From an uncultured Bacilli bacterium (lineage in GTDB: Bacteria > Bacillota_I > Bacilli_A > RF39 > UBA660): 64,000 bases of DNA. Below the pieces are notes generated by a model. The model was not told where the DNA came from, searched no databases, and saw only the letters and a program-made list of their open reading frames with translations. Position 1 is the stretch's first letter. Each line of letters begins with the position of its first letter. The DNA is taken from contig CANQID010000001.1 in assembly GCA_947623925.1 (NCBI GenBank), forward strand, positions 4,047 through 68,046, read 5' to 3'. This document shows positions 1 to 9,314 of the stretch, piece after piece. The position numbers and the translations under genes were made by a program.

Positions 1-2
1 TT

Positions 3-257
3 TATGTAAATAAAAAAGATATAAATATTGATGGATACTTTGATGAAGATATTATCGGATTAGAGGCATATTATAATAACAGAAAAATAGGAATAGTAAG
101 TAGCATTTTAAAATCAAAAGCACATGAAATATTAGAAATAACCGATTGTAAAAAAAGATATTTGGTGCCTAATATAAAAGAATTTATAAACAATATTGAT
201 TTAGAAGAAAATAAAATATATATAAACGAAATGAAAGGTCTTATAGATGAAAATTGA
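3..257 (+). CDS. rimM: 16S rRNA processing protein RimM, C-terminal fragment (5' end lies outside the window)
   Basis: Frame 3 translates without stops to ...GIVSSILKSKAHEILEITDCKKRYLVPNIKEFINNIDLEENKIYINEMKGLIDEN*, which has the PRC-barrel-like C-terminus of RimM. It overlaps the trmD start by 11 nt, as in the conserved rimM-trmD-rplS operon. Confidence 0.6.
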   Translation, partial: YVNKKDINIDGYFDEDIIGLEAYYNNRKIGIVSSILKSKAHEILEITDCKKRYLVPNIKEFINNIDLEENKIYINEMKGLIDEN

Positions 258-915
258 TGTATTAACTTTATTTCCAAAAATGTTCGAAGGATTTTTATCT
301 GAATCAATAATTAAAAGAGCGATAGAACAAAAACTTGTAAAAATAAATGTGCATAATATAAGAGATTATACTCTTGATCCACACAAAAAAGTAGATGATT
401 ATGGTTTTGGTGGTGGTAAAGGTATGGTTTTAATGCCACAACCAATTTTTGATGCAGTAAATAAATTTAAAACCGATGATAGTTATGTTATACTTATGAC
501 TCCTCAAGGGAATACATATAATCAAAAAAAAGCATATGAATTAACAACAAAAAAACACATAATAATTATATGTGGACATTATGAAGGATTCGATGAAAGA
601 ATTAGAACCTTAGCCGATGAAGAAATAAGTATAGGAGATTATGTCTTAACAGGGGGAGAAATTCCATCAATGGCAATAATAGATAGTGTTACTAGACTAA
701 TTGATGGCGTTATAGAAAAAGAATCTCATGAAAATGATTCATTTAATGATAATTTACTAGATTATCCCGTTTATACAAAACCTGTTGATTTTAGAGGAAT
801 GAAAGTTCCCGATGTATTATTATCAGGTCACCATGAAAATATAAGAAAATGGAGATATGAACGTCAGTTAGAAAAAACTAAACAAAGAAGACCGGACTTA
901 ATAGAAAAGAGATGA
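247..915 (+). CDS. trmD: tRNA (guanine37-N1)-methyltransferase TrmD
   Basis: The 222-aa product has TrmD hallmarks (IDVLTLFPKMF..., GGGKGMVLMPQP, ICGHYEGFDERI, SIGDYVLTGGE). Position after rimM and before rplS matches the conserved operon. Confidence 0.9.
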   Translation: MKIDVLTLFPKMFEGFLSESIIKRAIEQKLVKINVHNIRDYTLDPHKKVDDYGFGGGKGMVLMPQPIFDAVNKFKTDDSYVILMTPQGNTYNQKKAYELTTKKHIIIICGHYEGFDERIRTLADEEISIGDYVLTGGEIPSMAIIDSVTRLIDGVIEKESHENDSFNDNLLDYPVYTKPVDFRGMKVPDVLLSGHHENIRKWRYERQLEKTKQRRPDLIEKR

Positions 916-1367
916 GCTTTATGAAAAAAGGATATATTATATGTAAAAATAAAATACAAAAAGAAATAATATTAATTAATTATGAGAAAGTTGGATTTAA
1001 TGTAAAGCCATTAAATAAAATAAAATATCCTGGAATTAAAGTTAATTCGATGATGATAATTAATCAGAGTTTTATTGAAAAAATATTAAAAAGAAAAATA
1101 AAAAAAAGATTGGATTTATTTGTTAAAGTAATGATTTCTGTTGTAGAAGAAGATGATACAAACCCAGATGATGTAACAAAAGCACTAAATGAAATTTCTA
1201 AATATAGAAGTATAATAATAAATAAATATAGAAAATTTTTAGATGAAAAATATATATCACTTTTACTTAAAAAATTAGATCTTTTAGAAAGAGAATTAAA
1301 ACAAAAAATAGTATACATTGATGATTATGAATATGAAGATGAAAAAGAAACAAGAAGGACTAGGTAA
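912..1367 (+). CDS. hypothetical K-rich protein between trmD and rplS
   Basis: 151-aa ORF that overlaps the trmD stop by 4 nt. Lysine-rich with a predicted coiled coil. No recognisable domain. Confidence 0.35.
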   Translation: MSFMKKGYIICKNKIQKEIILINYEKVGFNVKPLNKIKYPGIKVNSMMIINQSFIEKILKRKIKKRLDLFVKVMISVVEEDDTNPDDVTKALNEISKYRSIIINKYRKFLDEKYISLLLKKLDLLERELKQKIVYIDDYEYEDEKETRRTR

Positions 1368-1384
1368 TTTAAAATAAAAAGTAC

Positions 1385-1413
1385 TTGCATATATTTTAAA
1401 TATATGATAAAAT
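1385..1413 (+). promoter_or_regulatory. sigma-A-type promoter upstream of rplS (TTGCAT-17-TAAAAT)
   Basis: TTGCAT at 1385-1390 and TAAAAT at 1408-1413 with a 17-nt spacer. It is followed by a ~60-nt leader with small hairpins before the RBS GAGGAGG, which may be an L19 leader. Confidence 0.4.
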
Positions 1414-1476
1414 TTTCCATGTGATCCGCTGAGGGATATTACTTATGATCATTGTAATAAAAGAGGAGGCGTTGTT

Positions 1477-1818
1477 ATGAATTTAGTTGAAAAAATAACT
1501 AAAAGTCAATTAAGAACTGATATTCCTGAATTTCGTGTTGGAGATACAGTTAGAGTTGATGTAAAGATAATTGAAGGAAATCGTGAAAGAATCCAAGCTT
1601 TTGAAGGTTTAGTAATAGCTATTAAAGGTAGTGGTGTTTCTAAAAATTTTGTTGTTAGAAAATTATCTGGTGGTATAGGTGTTGAAAGAACATTTCCAAT
1701 TAATTCACCAAAAATTGCTGCAGTAACAGTAGTTAGAAAAGGTAAAGTTAGACGTGCTAAAATAGGTGGATATTTAAGAAAATCAGTAAAACAACCAAGA
1801 ATCAAAGAAAGAAATTAA
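1477..1818 (+). CDS. rplS: 50S ribosomal protein L19
   Basis: 113-aa product ([51 protein letters not shown]...) is a canonical L19. RBS AAGAGGAGG precedes the start. Confidence 0.95.
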   Translation: MNLVEKITKSQLRTDIPEFRVGDTVRVDVKIIEGNRERIQAFEGLVIAIKGSGVSKNFVVRKLSGGIGVERTFPINSPKIAAVTVVRKGKVRRAKIGGYLRKSVKQPRIKERN

Positions 1819-1857
1819 GGCATTGTTTGCCTTATTTTTCATATAAAGGAGAACAAT

Positions 1858-2352
1858 ATGAAAATAATAAAAGAATTAATACCATATTTAATTATAATAG
1901 TAGTAGTAGTGCTTATTAGATGTTTTATAATTACGCCCGTTGCAGTAAGTGGTAGTTCTATGTATCCAACACTTAAAGATAAAGATGTAGTTATATTAAA
2001 AAAATTTGATAAGAATATTGAAAGATTTGATATCATAGTATTTAATTATAATGGTGAAAAACTAATAAAAAGAGTAATAGGATTACCTGGAGAAACTATA
2101 AAATATGTAAATGGAATTTTATATATAAACAATGAGAAAATAGATGATGTTAAATTAGATTCAAAAACAGATAACTTTTATTTAGAAAGTTTAGGTTATG
2201 ATGTTATACCTGATAATTACTATTTTGTTATGGGAGATAATAGAGAGTATTCACAAGACAGTAGAAAAATAGGACTTATTTCCAAAGATGATATATCTGG
2301 TGTAGGGGTCTTTAGAATTTTTCCTTTAAATAAAATAGGCATAGTTAAATAA
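1858..2352 (+). CDS. lepB: signal peptidase I
   Basis: N-terminal TM helix, catalytic Ser box GSSMYPTL, Lys box IKRVIGLPGE and the GDNR box (VMGDNREYSQDSR). Confidence 0.9.
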   Translation: MKIIKELIPYLIIIVVVVLIRCFIITPVAVSGSSMYPTLKDKDVVILKKFDKNIERFDIIVFNYNGEKLIKRVIGLPGETIKYVNGILYINNEKIDDVKLDSKTDNFYLESLGYDVIPDNYYFVMGDNREYSQDSRKIGLISKDDISGVGVFRIFPLNKIGIVK

Positions 2353-2378
2353 TATTTATATTAATAACAGGTGAAGTT

Positions 2379-3764
2379 ATGATAGGTGAGATTGGTAGTG
2401 CTTCAAACAAATTAAAAGTGTATAGGAACAATGTTTTAAAAAACAAGAAAAAGAATAAACTAAAATTAGAAAAGAAAAAACAAGTATTTATAATTAAAAA
2501 TAAAAAGAAATCAAAATTAAAATCATTTTTAATGATTTTATTAGGTTTTATATTTGGTTTTTTTGAAAATTTAGCTAATAAAAGTAATAAAAAAAATAAA
2601 GAAAATTTAAAAAAAGACAATATATATGCATCAAATAAACAAAATTTACATAAACATACTATTTTAAAAAAAGATAATTTTACTTGTAGTAATTCTTTTT
2701 CTAAAAACAACTTATATAAAGATAATAAAATAACTTATATTACTATTTGTAAAAAAGAAAAAAATAATAATATAAATAAAAGTGAAGAGCAAATTAAAAA
2801 TGATAAAATATGTGATTTTACAAATAACTATGTAATTTTACATAAACAAATTAATAATAATAAATTTGATACTAATTTAAAAACAAAATTAGATAAAAAA
2901 CAAAAAAAATTTGTAATTTCAAAAGAAAATTATTTTTTAAATAAACAATTAAATAAAAAAGAAAATTTAAATTTACAAACTTGTAATAATATTAATATAA
3001 AAAATTTAAATATTAAGAAAATAAAAAAAATAAATAATAAAATTAATCTGTTAAATGAACAAAAAAATACAAATAAAATTGTTGAACTTAAAAATCAAAA
3101 TAAAAAAGAAAAAAATAAAAACGTATTATATGATAAAAAAAATATATTAAGTAATAAAGAAGATATTTCTTCTAAAATAAATAATGAAGATATAAAAAAA
3201 GGTATGGATATAATATCTAAACATTTGAAAAAACAAATGAAATTTATCGATGAAAAAAAATTATTTTTAAAAGAATATAAAGAAAAAATAAATTATAAAT
3301 TAAAAATAAATTATTTTTCTATTTTTATTAATAATTCTCTAAAAGCAATAGCAAGTTTTTTACCGATTACAATTTTTAAAAATAAACTATTTGGTACATT
3401 AATAAGCACAATACTAATTAATAATACAATCAAAGTAATGAAAAACGAAATAGATTTAAAAAATAATGCAAAAATTATTGTTCCAAAATATTTAAACGAA
3501 ATAGAAAATCAAAATGATATTATAAATTCAATATATGATGTTTGTTTAGATTCTTCAAAGCAAGTTGATTTATTAAAAACACAATTTATTATAAAAAATC
3601 ATATGTATTCAGAAACAGTAGAATATAAACAAGCGTTAGAAAGTTTAAATTTATTAGAAATGAAAATAGAAAAATCATTAGAAGAAATTGAAAATATTAT
3701 TAAAGAAAAAAAACAAATAGAAATTCAAACTAAAAGAAAAATATATAAAATAATTAAAAATTAA
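2379..3764 (+). CDS. hypothetical Lys/Asn-rich low-complexity protein with one hydrophobic segment
   Basis: 461-aa ORF preceded by RBS AGGTGA. It is mostly K/N, has one TM-like segment (LMILLGFIFGFF) and a C-terminal coiled coil. No recognisable domain. Confidence 0.45.
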   Translation: MIGEIGSASNKLKVYRNNVLKNKKKNKLKLEKKKQVFIIKNKKKSKLKSFLMILLGFIFGFFENLANKSNKKNKENLKKDNIYASNKQNLHKHTILKKDNFTCSNSFSKNNLYKDNKITYITICKKEKNNNINKSEEQIKNDKICDFTNNYVILHKQINNNKFDTNLKTKLDKKQKKFVISKENYFLNKQLNKKENLNLQTCNNINIKNLNIKKIKKINNKINLLNEQKNTNKIVELKNQNKKEKNKNVLYDKKNILSNKEDISSKINNEDIKKGMDIISKHLKKQMKFIDEKKLFLKEYKEKINYKLKINYFSIFINNSLKAIASFLPITIFKNKLFGTLISTILINNTIKVMKNEIDLKNNAKIIVPKYLNEIENQNDIINSIYDVCLDSSKQVDLLKTQFIIKNHMYSETVEYKQALESLNLLEMKIEKSLEEIENIIKEKKQIEIQTKRKIYKIIKN

Positions 3765-3849
3765 ACTTACAAAAAAATAAAAAAAGTGATACAATTATAT
3801 TGCTTTGAAAAATATACTAAGTCGATTATAATCAATGAGTAGCAAAGAT

Positions 3850-3890
3850 GCGTAAGTCCAATTGTATAAGGACTTGCGTGTTTTTATTTT
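3850..3890 (+). terminator. rho-independent terminator
   Basis: Stem GCGTAAGTCC / GGACTTGCGT with loop aattgtataa, followed by TTTTTATTTT. Confidence 0.6.
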
Positions 3891-3912
3891 CAAAAAAAGA
3901 TGGAGGTATATT

Positions 3913-5316
3913 ATGAAAAATATAGATTTAGAAAAAGAAAAAATTTCTAAATTAATAAAAAAATTTGCAATACCATGTGTTATTAGTATGATTGTTGCAG
4001 CATTATACAATATTGTAGATCAAATATTTATAGGTTGGAGCAAGGCAGGTTCATTTGGAAATGCAGCAACAAATATAGTTTATCCTTTTACAGTAATTGC
4101 TCTTGCTTTTGCATTATTAATTGGAGATGGATCATCAGCATTATTTAATTTATTATTAGGAGCCAAAGATGAAAAAAATATAAATAAATCAATAGGTAAT
4201 GGAGTTGTACTATTAACTATAACATCTATTGTATTAACAATTATTGGATTTGTTTTTAATAAACAAATATTAAATATATTCGGAGCAAATCCAAATGAAG
4301 TAGAGTGCTATAACTATGCAAAAGATTATTTGAAAATAATTTGTTATGGATTACCCTTTTATATTATAGGTCAAGGGTTAAATGCTTCTATTAGAAGTGA
4401 TGGGAATCTTAAATATGCTATGTTTTCAACTACTATAGGAGCAATATCAAATATAATTTTAGATCCAATATTTATATTTGTATTTAAAATGGATGTTAAA
4501 GGAGCAGCGCTAGCAACCGTAATTGGACAAATTTTAACTTTTATAGTAAGTATTTTATATTTAAGAAAATCAAAATTATTTAAAATTGATAAGAAATCAA
4601 TAAAGTTAAATAAAAAAATAATAAAAAAAATAATATCATTAGGGTTACCATCTTTAATTACTCAAATTGCTATAGTAATTATAATATCAGTTGCAAATAA
4701 TTTAGTTGCTAAATATGGATATATAACAATATCTTCAACAAGTATACCTTATGGGGTTGTAACACCGCTTGCAGTTATTGGTATATGCATGAAAGTTTTT
4801 GGAATAGTCATTTCAATAATTATTGGTGTGTCATTAGGAGGTATGCCAATAATTGGATACAATATGGGTGCAGGAAATATTAAAAGAGTTAAAGAAACTG
4901 TTAAATATATTTTAATAACTAACTTAATTATAGGTTCTATAGCATTCGTAATATTTGAATTTTTTCCAACATTTATTATCAACATCTTTGGTAATGGAAA
5001 TTCTATTGAATACTTAGAATATTCAAAATATTGTTTAAATATATTCTTAGGTGGAATTATATTAACTTGTTTAATTAAATCAATATCTATATTATTACAG
5101 TCAATGGGTGCAAGTTTTAAATCAACAATACTTGCTTTATCACGAGATGTAATTTTCTTTGTACCTTCAATAACTATAATAGCCTATTTATCTAAAAGTG
5201 TTGTTATAATGTTATATAGCGCTATAATATCAGATGTTTTAGCTTTCATATTAGGAATAATATTGTTGAAAATAGAATTTAAAAAAATGGTAAATAAGGA
5301 GGATCAAAATGTATAA
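3913..5316 (+). CDS. MATE family efflux transporter
   Basis: 12-TM protein with MATE N-terminal signature (FAIPCVISMIVAALYNIVDQIFIG, ATNIVYPF). Start chosen at MKNIDLEK after RBS GGAGG. The ORF-track start at 3862 runs through the upstream terminator. Confidence 0.85.
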   Translation: MKNIDLEKEKISKLIKKFAIPCVISMIVAALYNIVDQIFIGWSKAGSFGNAATNIVYPFTVIALAFALLIGDGSSALFNLLLGAKDEKNINKSIGNGVVLLTITSIVLTIIGFVFNKQILNIFGANPNEVECYNYAKDYLKIICYGLPFYIIGQGLNASIRSDGNLKYAMFSTTIGAISNIILDPIFIFVFKMDVKGAALATVIGQILTFIVSILYLRKSKLFKIDKKSIKLNKKIIKKIISLGLPSLITQIAIVIIISVANNLVAKYGYITISSTSIPYGVVTPLAVIGICMKVFGIVISIIIGVSLGGMPIIGYNMGAGNIKRVKETVKYILITNLIIGSIAFVIFEFFPTFIINIFGNGNSIEYLEYSKYCLNIFLGGIILTCLIKSISILLQSMGASFKSTILALSRDVIFFVPSITIIAYLSKSVVIMLYSAIISDVLAFILGIILLKIEFKKMVNKEDQNV

Positions 5317-5803
5317 GGAAAATGAATATGTAGTATATAAAAAAGATGTATGCAAAATAAAAGAAATAAGAAAAAATAAAATGAATGGAATGGATTATTA
5401 TATTTTAGTTCCAATTGATGATGAATCATTAATTATTGATGTTCCTGTTGAAAATAAAATGGGTTACTTAAGAAGTATAATCAGTAAAGAAGAATCAAAT
5501 AAATTAATAAATAATATTCCAAACATTGAGCCATTAAAAAATATTGATGATAAATATGTTGAAAAAACATATAAAGATTTATTATATAATGGTACGCATG
5601 AGGATTTAATTAAAATTATAAAAACAACTTATTTAAGAAACAATAACAGGATAGTAAACAATAAAAAAATAAGTGAAAAAGATAATGATTATTTTATAAA
5701 AGCAGAAAAATATTTATATAATGAAATTTCAATTTCTTTAAATATGAGTTTTGATGAAACAAAAAACTATATAATAAAAAAAGTACAAGAATTAACAAAG
5801 TAA
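5309..5803 (+). CDS. CarD/CdnL-family transcriptional regulator (RNAP-interacting domain protein)
   Basis: N-terminal YVVYKKDVCKIKEI...YYILVPID...VPVENKMGYLRSIISKEE resembles the CarD_CdnL_TRCF domain. The C-terminal helical region resembles the CdnL C-domain. RBS AAGGAGG precedes the start. Confidence 0.55.
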   Translation: MYKENEYVVYKKDVCKIKEIRKNKMNGMDYYILVPIDDESLIIDVPVENKMGYLRSIISKEESNKLINNIPNIEPLKNIDDKYVEKTYKDLLYNGTHEDLIKIIKTTYLRNNNRIVNNKKISEKDNDYFIKAEKYLYNEISISLNMSFDETKNYIIKKVQELTK

Positions 5804-5825
5804 TTTTAAATATACAATTTATATT

Positions 5826-5850
5826 AAGAATGATAATTCTTGTTTTTTTA
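5826..5850 (+). terminator. weak rho-independent terminator
   Basis: AAGAAT gata ATTCTT followed by GTTTTTTTA. An extended -10 (TGtTATAAT) lies immediately downstream. Confidence 0.4.
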
Positions 5851-5917
5851 TGTTATAATGAATAAGTAGTGAAAAGTAAATTTATAATTGTTATTGTAGT
5901 GAAAGTGGTGAATTATT

Positions 5918-7105
5918 ATGAAAATATTTGATAAATTTGGTAAAAAAAATAATATAGAGTTTGAAAACGAAAAATATAATTTAACACAAATAAGCAATTA
6001 TATGTTGTCAAACATAAGAAAGGATAATTTAAATAAAAATTGTTATAGTTTACCTATATCAAAATTATCTGAAGTTAGTCCAATTATGACATCAACTGCA
6101 AATAATATAAAAGAAATAATTAAAAATAAAAAGAAAAATGATAAATTATATTGTATTACTAATCTTGGCAAAAATGATTCATTGAAATCAATGAGAGATG
6201 GTAAAACATTTTGGGGTTCTATAAAAAAAGAAGATGGAACTTCTACTATGGCAAAACTTAAAGAAGTAAATCCAAATGAAATAATGCAATTAGATCCAAT
6301 GATAATGATGATGTCTTTTGCGTTATCTAATATTGAATCTGAATTAAGTGAAATAAAAGAATTAAATAAAAAAATTTTGTCTTTTTTGGAAGATGAAAAA
6401 GAATCAGAAATTGAATCTGACTTAGAAATATTAAATAGATCTATTAGTGATTTTAGATTTAATTTAGAAGATGAAAAATATTTAGTTAATAATCATAAAC
6501 AAGTTATGGATATAAAAAGAACGGCAAACAAAAATATATTATTTTATAAAAAGCAAATAAAAGATGATTTATTAAAAGATAAACTTTTTACAACAAATAA
6601 TATGATGAATTCAATTATTGATGAAATTCAAAAGAAATTTAAATATTATAGATTATCTTTGTATATATATTCTTTTTCTTCTCTAATGGAGGTACTTCTT
6701 TTAGGAAATTATAAGAGTGATTATTTATTGTCTAAAAAACATGAATTAGATGAATTAGATAATGAATATTTAAATGTTTTTAATGAGGCATTAGAATATG
6801 TTAGAAAAAATGCAAATAAATCTTTAGAAGGAAACATACTATCAGGTCTTGGTAGTGCAGGAAAAACAATCGGTTCACTTGCTTCAAAAGTAAAAGTTAA
6901 AAATATAGATTCATGGTTAAATGATAAAAGTGATAATTTAAAGCAAACAAGTGATAATATAAAAGATAATTTTGTTAATAAATTTGATGAAATTAAAGAA
7001 TCTAATTCTAAAACATTTATTAATCAAATTGAAAAAATTAATTGTATTTACAATAATACTAAACAAATATATTTTGATGATGAAAATATATATTTGGAAA
7101 TGTAA
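5918..7105 (+). CDS. hypothetical protein
   Basis: 395-aa ORF with its own RBS. No recognisable domain. Central acidic coiled-coil segment. Confidence 0.5.
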   Translation: MKIFDKFGKKNNIEFENEKYNLTQISNYMLSNIRKDNLNKNCYSLPISKLSEVSPIMTSTANNIKEIIKNKKKNDKLYCITNLGKNDSLKSMRDGKTFWGSIKKEDGTSTMAKLKEVNPNEIMQLDPMIMMMSFALSNIESELSEIKELNKKILSFLEDEKESEIESDLEILNRSISDFRFNLEDEKYLVNNHKQVMDIKRTANKNILFYKKQIKDDLLKDKLFTTNNMMNSIIDEIQKKFKYYRLSLYIYSFSSLMEVLLLGNYKSDYLLSKKHELDELDNEYLNVFNEALEYVRKNANKSLEGNILSGLGSAGKTIGSLASKVKVKNIDSWLNDKSDNLKQTSDNIKDNFVNKFDEIKESNSKTFINQIEKINCIYNNTKQIYFDDENIYLEM

Positions 7106-7146
7106 ATTTATTTAATTTTTAATTATTTATGAAATTATATTAATTA

Positions 7147-7175
7147 TTGACATAGTTAGTATATTATTGTAAAAT
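7147..7175 (+). promoter_or_regulatory. consensus sigma-A promoter (TTGACA-17-TAAAAT)
   Basis: TTGACA at 7147-7152 and TAAAAT at 7170-7175 with a 17-nt spacer, upstream of the zinc-ribbon gene. Confidence 0.55.
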
Positions 7176-7203
7176 TGTTTTGTACATATTGGGAGGTATA
7201 GTT

Positions 7204-7587
7204 ATGGCTTTGATTAAATGTTTAGAATGTGGGAAAGAGGTATCTGATAAAGCTAAAAATTGTCCAAATTGTGGATGCCCTATTTATGAAGAAAAAGAGG
7301 AAAGTAAGGTAATTATTTTTGGATTAAGTCAAATGGGCTTGCTTGGTGGAAAATTAAAAATTTATGTTGATGGAGAGTACGTTGGAGATTTAAAGAAAGG
7401 TCAAAGATTAGAATTTCCTATAGAAAAGGACTGCACTATAACTGCAAAATGTGGAATTAATCCAAGCAAAGGTGCAATTGATGTTAAGGCAGGAAGAACT
7501 ACTAAAATAAAATATGAGTATAATAGAATATCAGGTTGTTTTATTCCATGTATTGTTGATGAAGTCACAAATTCAGTCAATTATTAA
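7204..7587 (+). CDS. zinc-ribbon domain protein
   Basis: N-terminal CxxC...CxxC (CLECGKEVSDKAKNCPNCGCP). RBS GGGAGG precedes ATG 7204. The ORF-track start at 7180 is upstream of the RBS. Confidence 0.5.
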   Translation: MALIKCLECGKEVSDKAKNCPNCGCPIYEEKEESKVIIFGLSQMGLLGGKLKIYVDGEYVGDLKKGQRLEFPIEKDCTITAKCGINPSKGAIDVKAGRTTKIKYEYNRISGCFIPCIVDEVTNSVNY

Positions 7588-7620
7588 AATATTAATTCAA
7601 AGTTATTTTGGAATATTTAA

Positions 7621-7646
7621 AGTAAGAACAAATTCTTACTTTTTTG
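7621..7646 (+). terminator. rho-independent terminator
   Basis: AGTAAGAA caaa TTCTTACT followed by TTTTT. An extended -10 (TGtTATAAT) follows. Confidence 0.6.
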
Positions 7647-7704
7647 TGTTATAATTTAAGCAGGGAGTATTTTATCAATTAAGATAAATTTTATAGGTGA
7701 TAAA

Positions 7705-8019
7705 ATGGATAAATATATAATAATAACAACACTTTGTGATAAAAAAGAAATAGCAAATAAAATAATAAAAACATTATTAAAAAAAAGATTAGTAGCTGGA
7801 AGTCAGTTGTATAAAGTATATTCTAAATATTGGTGGAATAGTGAATTGGAAAAATCTTATGAATACAAATTAGAATTTAGAACAAAAGAAAGTAAATTTA
7901 ATGAAATAGAAAATGAAATAAAAAAAATACATAATTATGAAGTTGCTGAAATTTTAAGTTATGAAATAACAAATGCAAGTAAAGAATTTTTAAATTGGAT
8001 AGATGAAAATATAAAATAG
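7705..8019 (+). CDS. cutA: divalent-cation tolerance protein CutA
   Basis: 104-aa product with CutA1 signature (IIITTLCDKKEIANKI...LVAGSQ...YWWNSELE...HNYEVAEILSYEI...EFLNWI). Confidence 0.8.
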   Translation: MDKYIIITTLCDKKEIANKIIKTLLKKRLVAGSQLYKVYSKYWWNSELEKSYEYKLEFRTKESKFNEIENEIKKIHNYEVAEILSYEITNASKEFLNWIDENIK

Positions 8020-8043
8020 AAAAAGAAAGTTGTAATAATTAAT

Positions 8044-8130
8044 GAAAATAAACATAAACTGTGCGATACGAATTTATGGAAACACCATAACTAATACTTA
8101 CAAATAAAGGTAACTTATAAAAAGTTTTTA
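8044..8130 (+). repeat. ~87-nt upstream element, copy A (contains palindrome TTATGG-N5-CCATAA at 8074-8090)
   Basis: Direct repeat (~85% identity) of the element at 9185-9277. Each copy sits immediately 5' of an accessory gene (rhuM, kilA-N). Confidence 0.6.
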
Positions 8131-8158
8131 CATTTTTAAGAAAAAAGAGGTGAACATA

Positions 8159-9183
8159 ATGAAAAATGAATTACAAGTTACAAATCATGATTTTTTAATA
8201 TATAAAGATGACAATAATGATGTTAAGGTAAGGGTACTATTAATTAATAATGATATTTGGCTAACACAAAATTTGATATCTGAATTATTTGGAGTTTCTA
8301 GGAGTACTATAACAGAACATATTAATAATATTTTAAATAGTGGTGAACTTGCCCCAAGTAACACCGTCGGAAAAACCGACATTGATAATTCTAAGAAACC
8401 TGTAAAAATCTATAATTTAGATATGGTTATTGCTGTTGGCTATCGAGTAAATTCTAAAAAAGCAACTCATTTTAGAATATGGGCAACTAAAGTGTTAAAA
8501 GAATATTTAATTACGGGATTTGTAATGGATGATGAAAGATTAAAGAATCCAAATTATATTTTTGGTGAAGATTACTTTGAAAAACTTTTAGAAAGAATAA
8601 GAAATATACGTTCTAGTGAAAGAAGATTTTATCAAAAAATAACAGATATTTATTCATCTTGTAGTATTGATTATGATAAAAACTCGGAAACTACAAAAAA
8701 ATTTTTTAAGACAGTTCAAAATAAATTACATTATGCTGTTACAGGCAATACAGCGCAGAGATAATATATAATCGTGTAGATTCTAATAGAGAAAATATGG
8801 GACTTACTAATTGGACAGAGTCACCAAATGGTCCAATTTATAGATATGATGTAGATATTGATAAAAATTATTTAACGGAAAAAGAATTAAAAAATTTAAA
8901 TAGAATTGTTACAATGTATTTAGATTATGCTGAGTTACAAGCAGAAAACCATAATGCAATGACAATGAATGATTGGATAGAAAAACTTAATGCTTTTTTA
9001 CAATTTAATGGACGAGAAATATTACATAACTCTGGAAAGATTTCTCATAAATTGGCTCAAGAACTTGCATATAAAGAATATGATAAATTTAGAAAAAAAC
9101 AAGACACATTATTAGTTTCAGATTTTGATAAATTTCTTGAAAATGATAAAATATTGAAAGAAATTGGTAGTGATAAAAATTAA
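8159..9183 (+). pseudogene. rhuM: RhuM-family virulence protein gene disrupted by a 1-nt frameshift near 8759-8764
   Basis: ORFs 8150-8764 and 8797-9183 together reconstruct a full-length RhuM-like protein. The split is at ...TGNTAQR* | (I)IYNRVDSNRENMGLTNW..., and the second ORF continues in the +1 frame directly after AG at 8759-8760. Confidence 0.65.
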
Positions 9184-9184
9184 C

Positions 9185-9277
9185 GAAAATAAAACAAACA
9201 TAAACTGTGTGATATGAATTTATGGAAACACCATAACAAGTCATTATAAATAAAGGAAACTATTAAAAAAAGTTTTA
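9185..9277 (+). repeat. ~87-nt upstream element, copy B (palindrome TTATGG-N5-CCATAA at 9220-9236)
   Basis: Homologous to copy A (8044-8130). Confidence 0.6.
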
Positions 9278-9314
9278 TTTGAAATATGTTTAATTGAAAA
9301 TAGGAGGTGAATAT

